Shown piece after piece: positions 14,161-26,089 of a stretch of DNA of 64,000 nt (position 1 is the stretch's first letter; every line of letters begins with the position of its first letter). Position numbers and translations under genes: made by a program. Source of the stretch: Hypanus sabinus (taxonomy: Eukaryota); NCBI RefSeq assembly GCF_030144855.1, contig NC_082715.1:91078001-91142000 (forward strand), given 5' to 3'. Below the pieces are notes generated by a model. That model was not told the DNA's origin. It saw nothing but the letters and a program-made list of their open reading frames with translations, and made no database searches.

Positions 14161-14379
14161 CAATTTTTAGCGAGGTAGTTACTCTGCAAGTAATGGCTGC
14201 ACAGGTGGAAAATGGTGGTTGCCAGTAGGGAGAAAAGTAGAGTAGAGAGGTGTACAGTCAATCACCACTCAAATGCTGTGCTGGATCTTGCTGGGAGGGA
14301 AGGGTAGCTCAGTGGAAAGCAGCAAAAACCAAGGTTATACATAATGCCTGTCTCTGCTGCACAACAGAGAGTAGGAGAA

Positions 14380-14840
14380 ACAATGATAGGAGATTAATGA
14401 TAGGGGAACTGACAGGCAATCCGCAGTTATGAATGAGACCCTCATAGGATAGGCTATCTCCCTACTGCAAGGGACATGTCTTGGAATGTCCGCAGGACAG
14501 GTTGAAGTGGGGGATGTCAGTGAGTGAATGTGGAGCAGGTTGGTACCAATGACATAGGGGGAAAAGAAATGAAGTCTTGCAACATCAATTTAGATTTAAG
14601 TAGCATATTGAGGAGCAGGAATTGCAAGGTTGTATTTGCTGGATTACCAGCAATGACTATAAGAAGAGGAAGAGAGGAAGTGGCTAAATGGATAGTGTAG
14701 GAGAAAGGGTTTAGATTTTTGGATCATTGGGATGTTTTGGAAATATGTAGTACCTACATATGCAGGATGGGTTGTACCTGAACTAGAGCAGGCCCGATAT
14801 CCTTGCTGGGATGTTAGCTAATGTTGTTAGGAAAGTTTAA
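14380..14840 (+). mobile_element. CR1 ORF1 esterase fragment
   Basis: gttggtaccaatgacatagg (VGTNDIG) and gatgggttgtacctgaac (DGLxLN) SGNH-hydrolase blocks. Confidence 0.7.
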
Positions 14841-14927
14841 GTTAACTTGGTGGGTGAAAAGAATGGATGCATTATCGGAGGCAAGGTGCAGGTCAAGTAT
14901 GGAAGAAAAACTACGTCTGTCCAGAAG

Positions 14928-15145
14928 AGGTGGTACAGAAACAGCAGTTAGCTCATTGCTTTACAGCCCCAGCTTTCGCCGATCAGAGTCCAATTCCAAC
15001 CCATCTGTACAGAGTTTGTATGTTCTCCCCATGACCATACAGGTTTTCTCTATATGCTCTGGTTTCTTCCCACATTCCAAAGATGTACAGTTCAGCTTAG
15101 TGAGTTGTAAGCATACCATGCTGGTAACGGAAGCACTGAAACTGG
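14928..15145 (+). mobile_element. tRNA-derived V-SINE-type element
   Basis: Central domain gagtttgtatgttctcccc...ggtttcttcccacattccaaagatgtac; related copies at 60110-60400, 19215-19455, 38010-38280 and 4690-4860. Confidence 0.7.
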
Positions 15146-15364
15146 CATTTCGGCCCAACAGGTCCATGCTGAAAAAAATACCCATCTGAAGCTAGTTTCA
15201 TCTGACAAAGTTTCACTCTGAACCTTTCTTTTCCACATACCTGTCCAGGAGTCTTTGCAAAGTAAAATATTATAAATATTAATATTATTATAAAATGTTG
15301 TTCCAAATGTTAAATCTCAGATGGTGATAAAAAGACAAACTGGAGTGATATAGCTTGGCTAGTT

Positions 15365-15368
<4 letters not shown>

Positions 15369-15440
<72 letters not shown>
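15369..15440 (+). repeat. (AC)36 microsatellite
   Basis: Direct read. Confidence 0.98.
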
Positions 15441-15442
<2 letters not shown>

Positions 15443-16030
15443 CAAACCCCACCATTGAGGAGTCAGTGGTGGAATGAAAAAACAGTTTCAGGTTCCCAGC
15501 TGCCAACATCTCAGAGCATCTATCGAGACCGAACTCATTGATGAAGTTGGTATGCCAGTGGCCCTTCTTTAGCAGTTTAAGATTTGGTATGTCAAAGGCT
15601 GTAGCAAATTTCTACAGATATATGGTAGGGAGCACTCTGACTCTTTGGTATGGAGGCTCTAAGACACAGGATTGAAAGAAGCTGTAGAGGGTTGTAGACT
15701 CACCCAGCTACATCATGGACACAATACTTCTCACCATTGTGGGCATCAAGAAGTGGTGCCTCAGAATACCATCTATCTGGGACATTTCTTCTTTTCATTA
15801 TGATTGGTGAGGAGGTAGAGGAGGCTGAAGACCCACACTCAACAATATTAGAAACAACTTCCTCCCCTCAGCCATCAAATTTCTGAACAGCCCATGAACC
15901 CACAAATAATTATTCCTTTTTCATTACACTACTTATGTAATTTATATTTAAGACTTTACACCGTACTGCTTTTGGAAAGCAACAAAATGTCATGTGACAC
16001 AAGTCAGTTATAGGAAATCTGATTCTGATA
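15440..16030 (+). mobile_element. Rex1/Babar LINE 3' fragment
   Basis: Homologous to the 3' part of 28541-31203; tail aaatctgattctgat. Confidence 0.75.
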
Positions 16031-16245
16031 TACTTCATCAGCATTTATGACACCACCTATTTTAGTACCATCTGCATACTTACTATTCCTCATATTCTCA
16101 TACATTGTGATGGTATTGGGTTTGCTGTCTGTGAAGCTCTAAACTCAAACAAAGACTTTAAGCCCTATTACAAATAGCTACGAGTACTCTCACTAAATGG
16201 AGATTATACTGTATCTACACAGTCTTCAAAGTCTAGTTTACTTAC

Positions 16246-16312
16246 CTGTTTATTTTCCATGGCAAGTTTAGCTGTCAATATCCACTATTTGAGTGGTGGG
16301 TCCCTTCTTCCC
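16246..16312 (-). CDS. Candidate first coding exon of a minus-strand gene (5'UTR + MENKQ)
   Basis: Minus strand reads ttttcccttggcag|GGGAAG...CTTGCC ATG GAA AAT AAA CAG|gtaagt. It has a strong acceptor, strong Kozak context, consensus donor and an in-frame upstream TAG, in non-repeat sequence. Confidence 0.5.
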
Positions 16313-17059
16313 CTGCCAAGGGAAAATACTTCCAGATAACAAAGTAGTTAAAAACCCACAGTTCATTTATTTAGTGATGCACAGTTAAATCCACACACCA
16401 CTCTTACATTTAAAACTCAGAGGATTTCTATCTTAAATGTTTATTTCTTGGTTAGAGGCCACTTCTAAAATATAAACCATTTCCAAACAACAGAGCATTT
16501 CCCAAGCACAAGAAATTAAGGATTTCCAAAACAGATACAATTCCTATTATCTAAAAAGATACACCAAAGATGCAGACAACCAGTTGTCTGTCGCAGAAAC
16601 TGACATTGGAAGAATAGATTTTAGTTCTTCCATATTTCCTGATGTTCCTTACTCCATTCCTAATAAGCCTGAACTGCTCTCTACATTTATATCCTTTTCC
16701 TACTTCTTGGGTGACTTCACAAGCATTTATTTCCTCTGTTTAAAAGCATTATTTTGGAGACATAGATCTTAGCTAATTTCTGAGTACATAAACTTTTTAC
16801 AAATATAAACACATCAGTTATTGGTATGTTAAATGATTTTATCCATCTGTTCTGCAAGCCTCCTTGAACCAAGCAAATTAAGAGTCAGCTTGTCCATTTG
16901 AAGCAACCCATTGTCTTATAGCCCCTCTTGAGCAATAATAAGCAGGTGCAATGACTCTTTAGAGCCTTCAAAATGCAGAGCCTATTTGCAAAGCTGTTCT
17001 ATAAAGATTTTTTTTACACTTTAAGGGGCTTTTCATTTACCCTTTAAGAAATGAAGACT

Positions 17060-17590
17060 GACTTCAAAGTTTAACACAAATCTATTATCGAAGTACATTT
17101 ATATAACCATATACAACCTAGAGATTAAGTTTCATGTGGCTGTACTCAATAAGTTCAATACCCATAATAGAATCAATGAAAAACTGTACCAATAGGACAG
17201 ACAACCAGTGTGCAAAGACAATAAACTGTGCAAATACAAGAGGAAAGAAAGAAGTAGTAATAATAATAATAAATAAGCAAGAAATATTGGGAATATAAGA
17301 TGAAGAGTCCTTGAAAGTGAGACCATAGCTTATGGAAACAGGTCAGTAAAGTTATCCCCTCTGGTTCAAGAGCCTGATGGTTGAGGTTTAATAACTGTTC
17401 CTTAACTTGGTAGTGAGAGTCCTGAGGGTCCTGTACCTTCTTTCTAATGGCAGCAGTGAGAAGACAGCATGTCCTGGGTGCTGGGGATGCATGATGATAT
17501 ATGCTACTTACCTGCAACAACACTCCGAGTAGATGTGCTCAATGATGGGGAGGGCTTTACCCATGATGGGCTGGGTCATATCCACTACAA
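17060..17590 (-). mobile_element. Rex1/Babar LINE 3' fragment
   Basis: Reverse complement matches the 27540-27990 Rex1 3' end. Confidence 0.75.
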
Positions 17591-18879
17591 ACCCACGAGC
17601 CTTTGTGTGGAAAAAGATGTCTCTCAGATTACATGTAAAAATCTCCACTCTCACTTTCAATTTATGCCCTCTAGTTAGAGACTCCCTAACCTGGGATACG
17701 ATGTTCTGTTATCTATGTCCTTCATGATGTTACATGTCTCTATTCACTCACATCCCAACCTTCAACACACCACAGAAAAGTCCCAGCCTATCCAATCTCT
17801 CCTTGTAACTCAAGTCCTCTAGTCCTGGTTAGATCCTTGTGAACTTCTTCTGAACTCTCACTACCTAATGACATCCTTCCTTCAGTGAGCTGACCAAAGC
17901 GACACATAATACTTCAGGTATGGCCACGCCTACATTTTGTAGTTGCAACATGACATCCTAACTCCTGCACACACAATGCCCTAATTGATAATGGCAAGAA
18001 TATCAAGTGTTTCCTTAAAATCCCTTCTACATGAGTTGTCACTTTCAGGGAACTATATATGAATATGTCTTAGTCTCTGTTCTACAAAACCCCCTTCCCC
18101 AAGGCCCTACCATTTACTCCAAGTCCTACTCAAGTTTGACTTTAACCTTACCCCTTTTTCTGCCTATGTTGGTGCCAACATATACAACCATCTCTGGCTG
18201 TTCATCTTCCCCCGTAAAAGTTCTGCAACCATTCACATCCTTGACTGAGTTAGCCATAAATGTAAATCCCCTTGAAGAGCTGATGGAAATAACTCGGTGT
18301 TGGTATGAAATTTTGAAGAAGTTGGGGAACTTAAGTATTAATTCCAAAGACCTGTAGGTGAATTGTGTTGCATCTCATAATTCAAATTGACTTTCCTGCA
18401 ATGGCAGCTTCCTCCAATAAAACATTCATGCTGAGACTGAGCAGATTGATCTCACTGATGTGACAACACATTTGAGTACTCTTTCCTTCCTTTATAAGAG
18501 TGTATCACTGCCCTCTACAGTTACTGTGGAGCATTCATAGAATGCCTGCTTTTTGCAACTCAAAGATGCTTCACAACCAAAGAAAAATCATAGTTAAGAA
18601 GGTAGTGAAATGAACTGGAAATTAATTCACTAAAAGTGCACAAAGATTTGCTCTTCCTGGGTTGCAATCATTGGTGCTTCTCCTGGTCCTCTTACACCAG
18701 TTAACTTGGATTTAGTCCCAATACGACATAGGGAATTTGATCTGAAACTCCCAAACAGCTCCTGGAATGCACTTGTATAATATTCTCAGAAATCAGAGAC
18801 AACCTGCTACTCACTAAACATGGCGATCTTTCCATTGAAGATCACAAAGGAAAGCTCAATTTTTCCTCACTGAGAGTGA

Positions 18880-19925
18880 AAAACACACTGTTGGAGGAAT
18901 CCCTGGGTCAGGCAGCATCTGTAGAGGCAAAGGAATAATAAGCATTTCAAGTCAAGACCCTGCATCAGGATTGAGAGTTTAACGAGAACATAGTCAACAT
19001 TACAAGGTAGGAAAAGGGGGTGCTGATGCAGTGTTAGGTGGAACCAGGTAACAAGGTAAATGGATAAATGGAACCGGGGAAAAAAGGGTGGAGGGAGAGA
19101 CAGAGGCTGTAAAAGATGATAAATGGAAACAGGGGGCTGCCTTTGCTGGAACCTGCTAAGTAAGGAAGGCAAGTAGAACCAGATGAGGGAAAGATGAGAT
19201 AAGTTTAAGATTAGCTTTATTTGTCATTGAAACAGTGAGATGCACAATTTACACCATGCTTCTGGCACCAACATACAGTAGCATGCCTACAACTTACTGA
19301 CCTGTACATCAATGGAACACGGATGGAAACTGGGGAACACGGGTGAAACCTATGGGAGTTACAGGGGGAAGATCCAAACTCCTTGCAGACAATGGCAGGA
19401 GTTGAACCCTGATCACTAGTGTTGCAAACTGCTTTGCTACTGCACCACCCCATGAAGGGCAGAAGAACCAGCTGGGGGCGGGGGGGGGGGGGAGAGGATA
19501 GGAGAACCTGAAGGAGTGGTATGTTGGTGAAGGGTAGGTAGAACCAGGTGGGAGAGGGAATGAAAATTGGTGATGTGGGTGGGGATGCAGTTGAAAAATA
19601 AAAATGAGAAAGAAGAGAGCTCAGGGAGTGCGGGTTACCTGAAACTGTTCTAACTTCATCTCTCTCTCACTCACTTGATTCTATCCATTACCAATCAATC
19701 CCTGACTCTATTCCTCTCCCCAACCTCAATCCATCTTCCTCCTCATCTGGTTCCACTTATTACCTGCCTACCACTTTCTTAGCCCTCCCTCTCACTTCTT
19801 TATACTCGTGGTGCCACTCTAAGCTGTCAACCTTGATGTAGAGTCTTAAACCTAAATGTTGACATCCCCTTTGCCTCTTCAGTTACTACACGACCCGCTG
19901 AGCTTCTCCAGAAGTTTGTGTTTGC
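18880..19925. mobile_element. Penelope-like element with inverted terminal repeats (SINE inserted at 19215-19455)
   Basis: 18880-18980 is the reverse complement of 19820-19925; purine-rich left interior, pyrimidine-rich right interior. Confidence 0.65.
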
Positions 19926-22139
19926 TCTAGATTTCAACGGCTGCATTCCCTTGTGCCTCCTCACTAACATCCTGGTCCAAGCAAGGGCGATCCAGGTAAT
20001 GGGCAGACAAAACTGTGGTCTGCTTCTTGCTGTAGTTGGAAGTCACCAGTGTCTCATCAGAATAACACAAAAGGCCATTTGGCCCATGAGGTCTATATCA
20101 ACTCCCAGAACAGCAATTCCATCAGTCTCATTTCCCCATCCCATGATCCTCCAGCAACTTAGTATCATCATGGCATACTGCAAGAAAACAGGTCGGTTGG
20201 CCTAACCAGTCCATGCCAACCAAGATCCCCTTGCCTGAGTTTGATCTATAACCTCTTCTAGCCATGTACTTATCTAACTGTTTTTTAAAAGTTAGTACTA
20301 TACCTGCTTCAACCACTTCCTCAGGCAACCCATTCGGCATACATACCACACTGTGTGTAAAAACAGCTGCCACTCAAGCTTCCATTAAATACTTCCCCTC
20401 TCATCTTAAATCTGTCATCTTGCTCAGGAAAAAGACTGAGTGCATTCATTCTCTCTATACCCCTCATGACTTCTTCCCCTCTTACTCCTCGAAGCTTATT
20501 CCTTTTCACATGCCCATCAAATCCACTTTATTTCACTTGCCTCAATGTACAGTACAGTTATAATGGATTGATCTGTATGGATAATATGCAAAAGTTTTCC
20601 ACTGTACCTCAGTACATGTGCCAATAATAAACCAGTTTCTTCAACTGGGGGCAAATTATTAGTTTATCTTTGAACATGGGGGAAAGCCAGAGCACCATAT
20701 GGTCACTGAGAGGAACTAGCTGAGGTCAGGATCAAATGAGTGTCCCTGTGCTGTGAACTAGCAGCACTGACAGTTACACTGTCATGCCACCCAATGTGCA
20801 ACACCCCTTCATTTCATTTTCCAACTTGGGAGCAGATGTGGTGCCAAGTCTTCCAGATCAGTTCTCTGAACCGACTTTGAACCCATGAATGTGTCCTTGA
20901 AATTCCTTCCTTTTGCACTGTTTATTTACATTGTATTTTATAGTAATTTTATGTCTTCACGGTGCACTGCTGCCATAGAATAACAAATTTCACATTATAG
21001 AAATCAATGAAAATAAACCCGATTCTGATTCCATTCTCCTCTGTCACCATCTCTGTTCTCACAGCCTTTCTGTCCAACCTGTCAAGGTCTGGAAGTTGCA
21101 TTTCCACTGTTTCCGATGGGCTGTGCTGACTTTCCAAATGACCATGGGAAACATCCTGCAGGACTCCAACAGATCTTGCATAGTTGTGTCACCAAATAAA
21201 GTGCATTTGGCATCATCTTTTCGCTCTTTCCTTTTCCCTGGCCAATCCCAGCTCTCTCTGGGTATCTGATGGTGCTATTTTAATGGGGATGCTGAAATGT
21301 GTTGGCTTAAGACAGTCAGTCAATGATGGTTCAGCAGCTATCACTCAAAATGATGCATCTCTACTTGGGACAATCATACTTGGGTAATATAGGGTGGCTT
21401 GGGAGTTGTGTCAGCAGGTTTACAGCTTTATCTTTTTATCACAATTGCACAGGTATAAGAGGTATGATTTCAGTTGATCAGCAGTGCATCAGTCAGTCTT
21501 GCCCTCCCTATTTAAATACTTCAGCCTTTCTTCTTGGAAAAGAAGTATTTAAACTCATAAAGAATATAGACAGGATATCTTGAGAAACCATTCCCAGTGG
21601 TGCAGGGGTCAAGAACTAAGAGACAAAAATGTTATTTGACAAAAGAACAGTAATGACTTGATCCAGCTGCCAGAGAACAAGTAGCAACTATGAAAGGAAA
21701 TGTGCACAGAGTTTGCTCAGTCATTTTGAGCAAGGTTTCTTTGACTTTAATAGCACACGTCGTTGTTGTGGTGTTCAGTTGAAGACCCAGGCCTATGAAT
21801 TATTCTACTCTTAAGAACTGGAATTGGTTTATTATTCTCAGGTTACTGGGTTACAGTGAGCATTTTGTTTTTCGTACTGTTCATGCAAATCAAATCATTA
21901 TGCAATGTGCATTTAAGAGGAGCTGCTGCTCAAGATTTGCTTGCACTTCAGCGCACTGTACCATTTCTTTAGAATTCAGGTGTGGGTGTAGGGGGTGGTT
22001 AGGTTGTAGTTGGGTAAAGATCTCTTCGTTATTTGGCTCCTAGGCCTGTTGAATTGGGCTGCCAGCTGATCTGACCAAGCCACTGCCTATCCCTCTCCTT
22101 AAGAAGAGAAAGAACACCAGTCTCTCTGAACGCTTCCTA

Positions 22140-22345
22140 GAGCTGATGGATGCTGTAGAGGCTGGAGTAATCTTGAACAATATGTTAAAAAGAATAGAGT
22201 CAATTTTTCTGGCTGAGGCTCTTCATCAAGTCTTGACTTGAAACGTCGACTCTATTCTTTTACATAAATGCTTCCTAACCTGATGGGGTCCTCGAGCATG
22301 TTATTTTTGTTGCTCTAGATTTCCACTGTCTGCAGAATCTCGTGT
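22140..22345. mobile_element. Back-to-back inverted Penelope-like termini
   Basis: aaaagaatagagtc 22188-22201 and gactctattctttt 22248-22261 form a perfect 14-bp inverted repeat. Confidence 0.65.
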
Positions 22346-22377
22346 TCAAGTATGTTAAAGTTTTAAATTGAAGTATA

Positions 22378-23141
22378 ATGGCAACTCTTTTGCTTGCATC
22401 TTCGGAAACAGCTCTATTTCTATCTTTAATATCTCTTTTCTGGGTTCTTCTGAAGACCCTGACCTGGAGTTACACACTGACTTGGGTTCTTTGCAAATAT
22501 GGGACCCACTCTCAGGATCCCACAACTGGCTGCTTTTTGATATGCCAAGGATGCGGTCTAGAAGATTGGCATGCCTTGACGGTGCAGTATTTTCATGACT
22601 CTGGAGGCAGGTGGACTCAAGGTCTGTGCCGCCTCCTGGTGTGTCATAGGAGACAGAAGATCAAAAACAGCGAGCTAACTGTGTGCCCAGAGACCCGAGT
22701 TCTTTGGGTACGGAGCTTGGAAAAAGCAACACAACAGATTTTAACACTATAAATCGGTGAGTTGTTTTATTATGTCTCCCCTCTTGCTGTGAAACAGGGA
22801 CACCTTTTTCCCTTATTAGGGAGTGAGTGAGCCTGTGGTATGTCGAATCCCAGGTGAACGAGTAGTCTTTGGGATACTACAAATCTGTGTCTTTATTGAT
22901 GCTTTGCTGCACGCTTGAATGCTTGGAGGGGGGTGCTGATGCTTTTTTGCTGGTGGGGAGGTGGGGCTGTTGCTTTGCTGCTGCTTATGCATGGGAGGGG
23001 GCTTTGGAGTTCTAACATTTAACTGTCATTCATTCTTTGGGGCACTCCTCTGTTTTCATAGATGTTTGTGAAGAAAAAGCATTTCAGGGTGCATATTGTA
23101 TACATTTCTCTGACATTAAATACACCTATTAAAACCTATTG
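22378..23141 (+). mobile_element. ~750-bp non-coding interspersed repeat (copy 2)
   Basis: Same start (actcttttgcttgcatcttcggaaacagctctatttc) and similar tail (cctattaaaacctattg) as 2625-3385. Confidence 0.8.
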
Positions 23142-23833
23142 GTAAATATTGTAAATGTCAATATTAAAAAAGACTAATCATTGATAGACACCTTATCAAC
23201 AATTAAACTGGAAGCAAACACAGAGACAGACACATTTGGTTGGTCAGGCAGCAATTCGGGAGGGAACAAATGAGTTTTTTAAAAAATTAAGAATCAGATC
23301 CTGGGATCAAAACGAAGATATTATGGATCTTGAAAGGATCAAGTCTAAGGGGTGGGGGGGGGGGGATGGGACCTTTTACTCAGCTTAATTTTAAAACAAG
23401 TGGTGGTTAAAAAGCAATGTTTATATTTGAATGAGACAACAGATTTCTGATAGTTGTCAAACCTTTCCTGCTCATGAATAATTTAACACAATGCTTTCTC
23501 AGACTCAGGAACTGATTGGTGGAGGAGCATGCTTGATATTTGATTGGGACACCAGAAGGAAGTGTTCTTAAAGCAGTTATAATTTCTGGTATGCTAGTTG
23601 TTCTTCAGACTCTTATTTTAGATTGGTAACTGGGGCCAAGTCGAGAAAATTGGGATCAATAAGGAAAAGTGGCTGAGATGAGAATGTTGGTGATTGGTTG
23701 AGGCATTTTTTTTTGCCCCTTCTGTTGTTAAGTAGAGCAGTGGCAAAGGCTCTCACAGACAAAGGTCTACAACCTGGTTCCTCAGTGAAAATTAGTTGCA
23801 ACCACGTTTAGTGATGCTATTATCACACCCGTT

Positions 23834-23930
23834 GTGCTGAAGAGTCTCCGTCCGAAACGTCGACTGTTCTCTCCCCCTCCCCAGTGCTGCCTGGCCTGCT
23901 GAGTTCCTCCAGCAATTTATGTGCGTTGCC
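23834..23930 (+). mobile_element. Penelope-like terminal repeat with hammerhead 3' half intact
   Basis: CTGAAGAgtctccgtccGAAAcGTCgactg followed by the family tail ctgcctggcctgctgagttcctccagca. Confidence 0.7.
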
Positions 23931-24069
23931 ACATTCACTTAACCGCTTTTAAAATCCATGCGCTCTGCCAGAATCTGAATACAGTCTTTTTATTCTCACC
24001 TTTAAATTATTTCCCCTATGTTCCTCTAATCTAGCTAAATCCAAACTGATTAACATTTTCAACTCAAGG

Positions 24070-24830
24070 CAACACTCGACCTTCCTTCTGCAGGTTTCCC
24101 AGCGCCTCCCCCGTCGCCCGCCCTCTGGTGCTCAGGGCAGGAGTGGGTAGTCTGGGGTAGAGAAATTGTTGAAGAATACGGTAAAGAGAATGGAGAGAAA
24201 GTGAAATAAAGCAACGTCTTATCTCCCCTGTCTTACTCAGACAGGGTTAGTTGTAGTTCAGGACCGCAGATTGTCCAAGGACAGCGTGCTTACTGCCGAA
24301 AGTTGCCCGAGTTTCCTGGCGATGTTCGGAGTTCTGCCGCTGATGGATAGAGTAACTGAAACCCGCCTGCCTCTCACTCCCTCTGCTGCCTCTGGCCAGC
24401 CGCGCACCCAGTGCCTCGGGTTTTCGTGCCGCCAGCCGCTGAAGTAAAACTCGCCGAAGTTTGAGATGTTATTTTCTTCTGTTTGTGTTATTTCACTCCT
24501 GAAGTTCATTTTTATTTTGTTTATTCAACGATGTGAGTGTAGGAATCTCTCTTCATCATCGGAGTTTGGGATTGGTGGCGGCGCGGCTGTCACAAATGAA
24601 GGACAGGCGTTCCCTTAAAGAGAGAGCCAATTTACTGCTTTCCACGGCGGCGGGAAACCCCTAAAGCTTATCGTGTTCGAAGATATGTGTTTGATTTGAA
24701 GTTGAGTTTGTATTTTGTTTTGGAACGTCTGAATCGCTCAAGATGACCTTGAGGGTAGAGACCGCAGAGGAGAGTCAGTTCCCGAGGTACAAGGCCAGGT
24801 GAGAAAAGAAACGTTTCGGCAATTCTCTGT
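24070..24830. promoter_or_regulatory. Second CpG island, probable bidirectional promoter
   Basis: CpG-rich unique sequence. Motifs: ATTGG 24571-24575, CCAAT 24627-24631, E2F-type GGCGGGAAA 24649-24657, CHR-like TTCGAA 24676-24681 and TTTGAA 24695-24700. Donors: + strand CAG|gtgaga at 24798/9; - strand near 24293 (GCA|gtaagc) and 24237 (TGA|gtaaga). Confidence 0.7.
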
Positions 24831-25059
24831 AGTCATGTCTCAAACAAAGCATGCATTAATTTTATTAATGGATTCTCTCATTACGTTTTAGTTTATTCTC
24901 GCTAATCCTTAATCTGAAGATGTTTAATGTTAATAGTTGCATAAATCCTATAATGTAATAAACTCGTGCCCTATTTACCCTAGTCCTGAATTGCATTACT
25001 ATGAAAATTTCACAAGCTCCAACTTACCTTTGTTGCTGCGAAGCAGTTAATAAAAACGT

Positions 25060-25590
25060 AGTAAACCTACAGCACAATACAGGCCCTTCAGCCCACAAAG
25101 CTGTGCCGAACATGTCCCTACCTAGGGTTACCTATAGCCCTCTATTTTTCTGAGCTCCATGCAGCCATCCAGGAGTCTCTTAAAAGACCATATAATTTCC
25201 GCCTCCACCACTGGCAGCCTATTCCATACACACACCACTTTCTGCGTAAAAAAAAACTTACCCCTGACTTCTCCTCTGTACCTACTTCCAAGCTCCTTAA
25301 AACTATGCCCCCTCGTGCTAGCCATTTCAGCCCTGGGGAAAAGCCTCTGACTATCCATATGATCAATGCCTCTCATTATCATGAACACCTCTATCAGGTC
25401 ACCTCTCATCCTCCGTCGCTCCAAGGAGAAAAGGCCGAGCATGCTTCCCAATCCAGGCAACATCCTTGTAAATCTCCTCTACACCCTTTCTATGGTTTCC
25501 ACATCCTTCCTGTAGTGAGGTGACCAGCATTGAGCACAGTACTCCTAGTGGGGTCTGACCAGGGTCCTATATAGCTGCGACATTACCTCT
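25060..25590 (-). mobile_element. CR1-type LINE 3' end
   Basis: ORF 25128-25463: LGLFSLERRRMRGDLIEVF...TRGHSFK...FFTQKVVCVWNRLP. Confidence 0.9.
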
Positions 25591-26089
25591 TGTAATGCAC
25601 CTCTCCTCAAATCATCATCTACTCTGCCAACTTCATCAGTCTGGTCAATGGCTTATTATGTTTAATAAAGGATATTACTGCAAAATATTGACAATATATC
25701 ATAATTTGTACTGTGTGGAAGCAGAACATTCGGCCAACTCGCCAAGCCAACTGTGTTCACCGTCCAATCTTAATGCTGTCTCCCAGCATTTCGTCCATAG
25801 CATTCTATACCCAAACAATGTAAGTGCTTATCTAAACACTTAAATACTATTACAACCCAATTTATCACACTCTCAGGAAGAGCAGGTAATTTAGGGAGAG
25901 TTAGCTCATTGGACATACAATTAGATTGGTAGTAGGAAGTAGAGGGTGATGGTGGATGGCTGTGATTAGCATGCCTCAGGGATCAGTGCAGGGCCCATTG
26001 TTGGACAAGACTGTCCAAAACATGGGAACTAAGTTTGCAAATTGGAATTGGGTATTATCGTCACATATGCTGAGATACAATGATAAGCT

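Noticed and set aside
24743-24798. AEESQ resemblance to LIN28B AEEESQ
   Set aside because: Five-residue match on the wrong strand for a divergent LIN28B, and not followed by the cold-shock domain.
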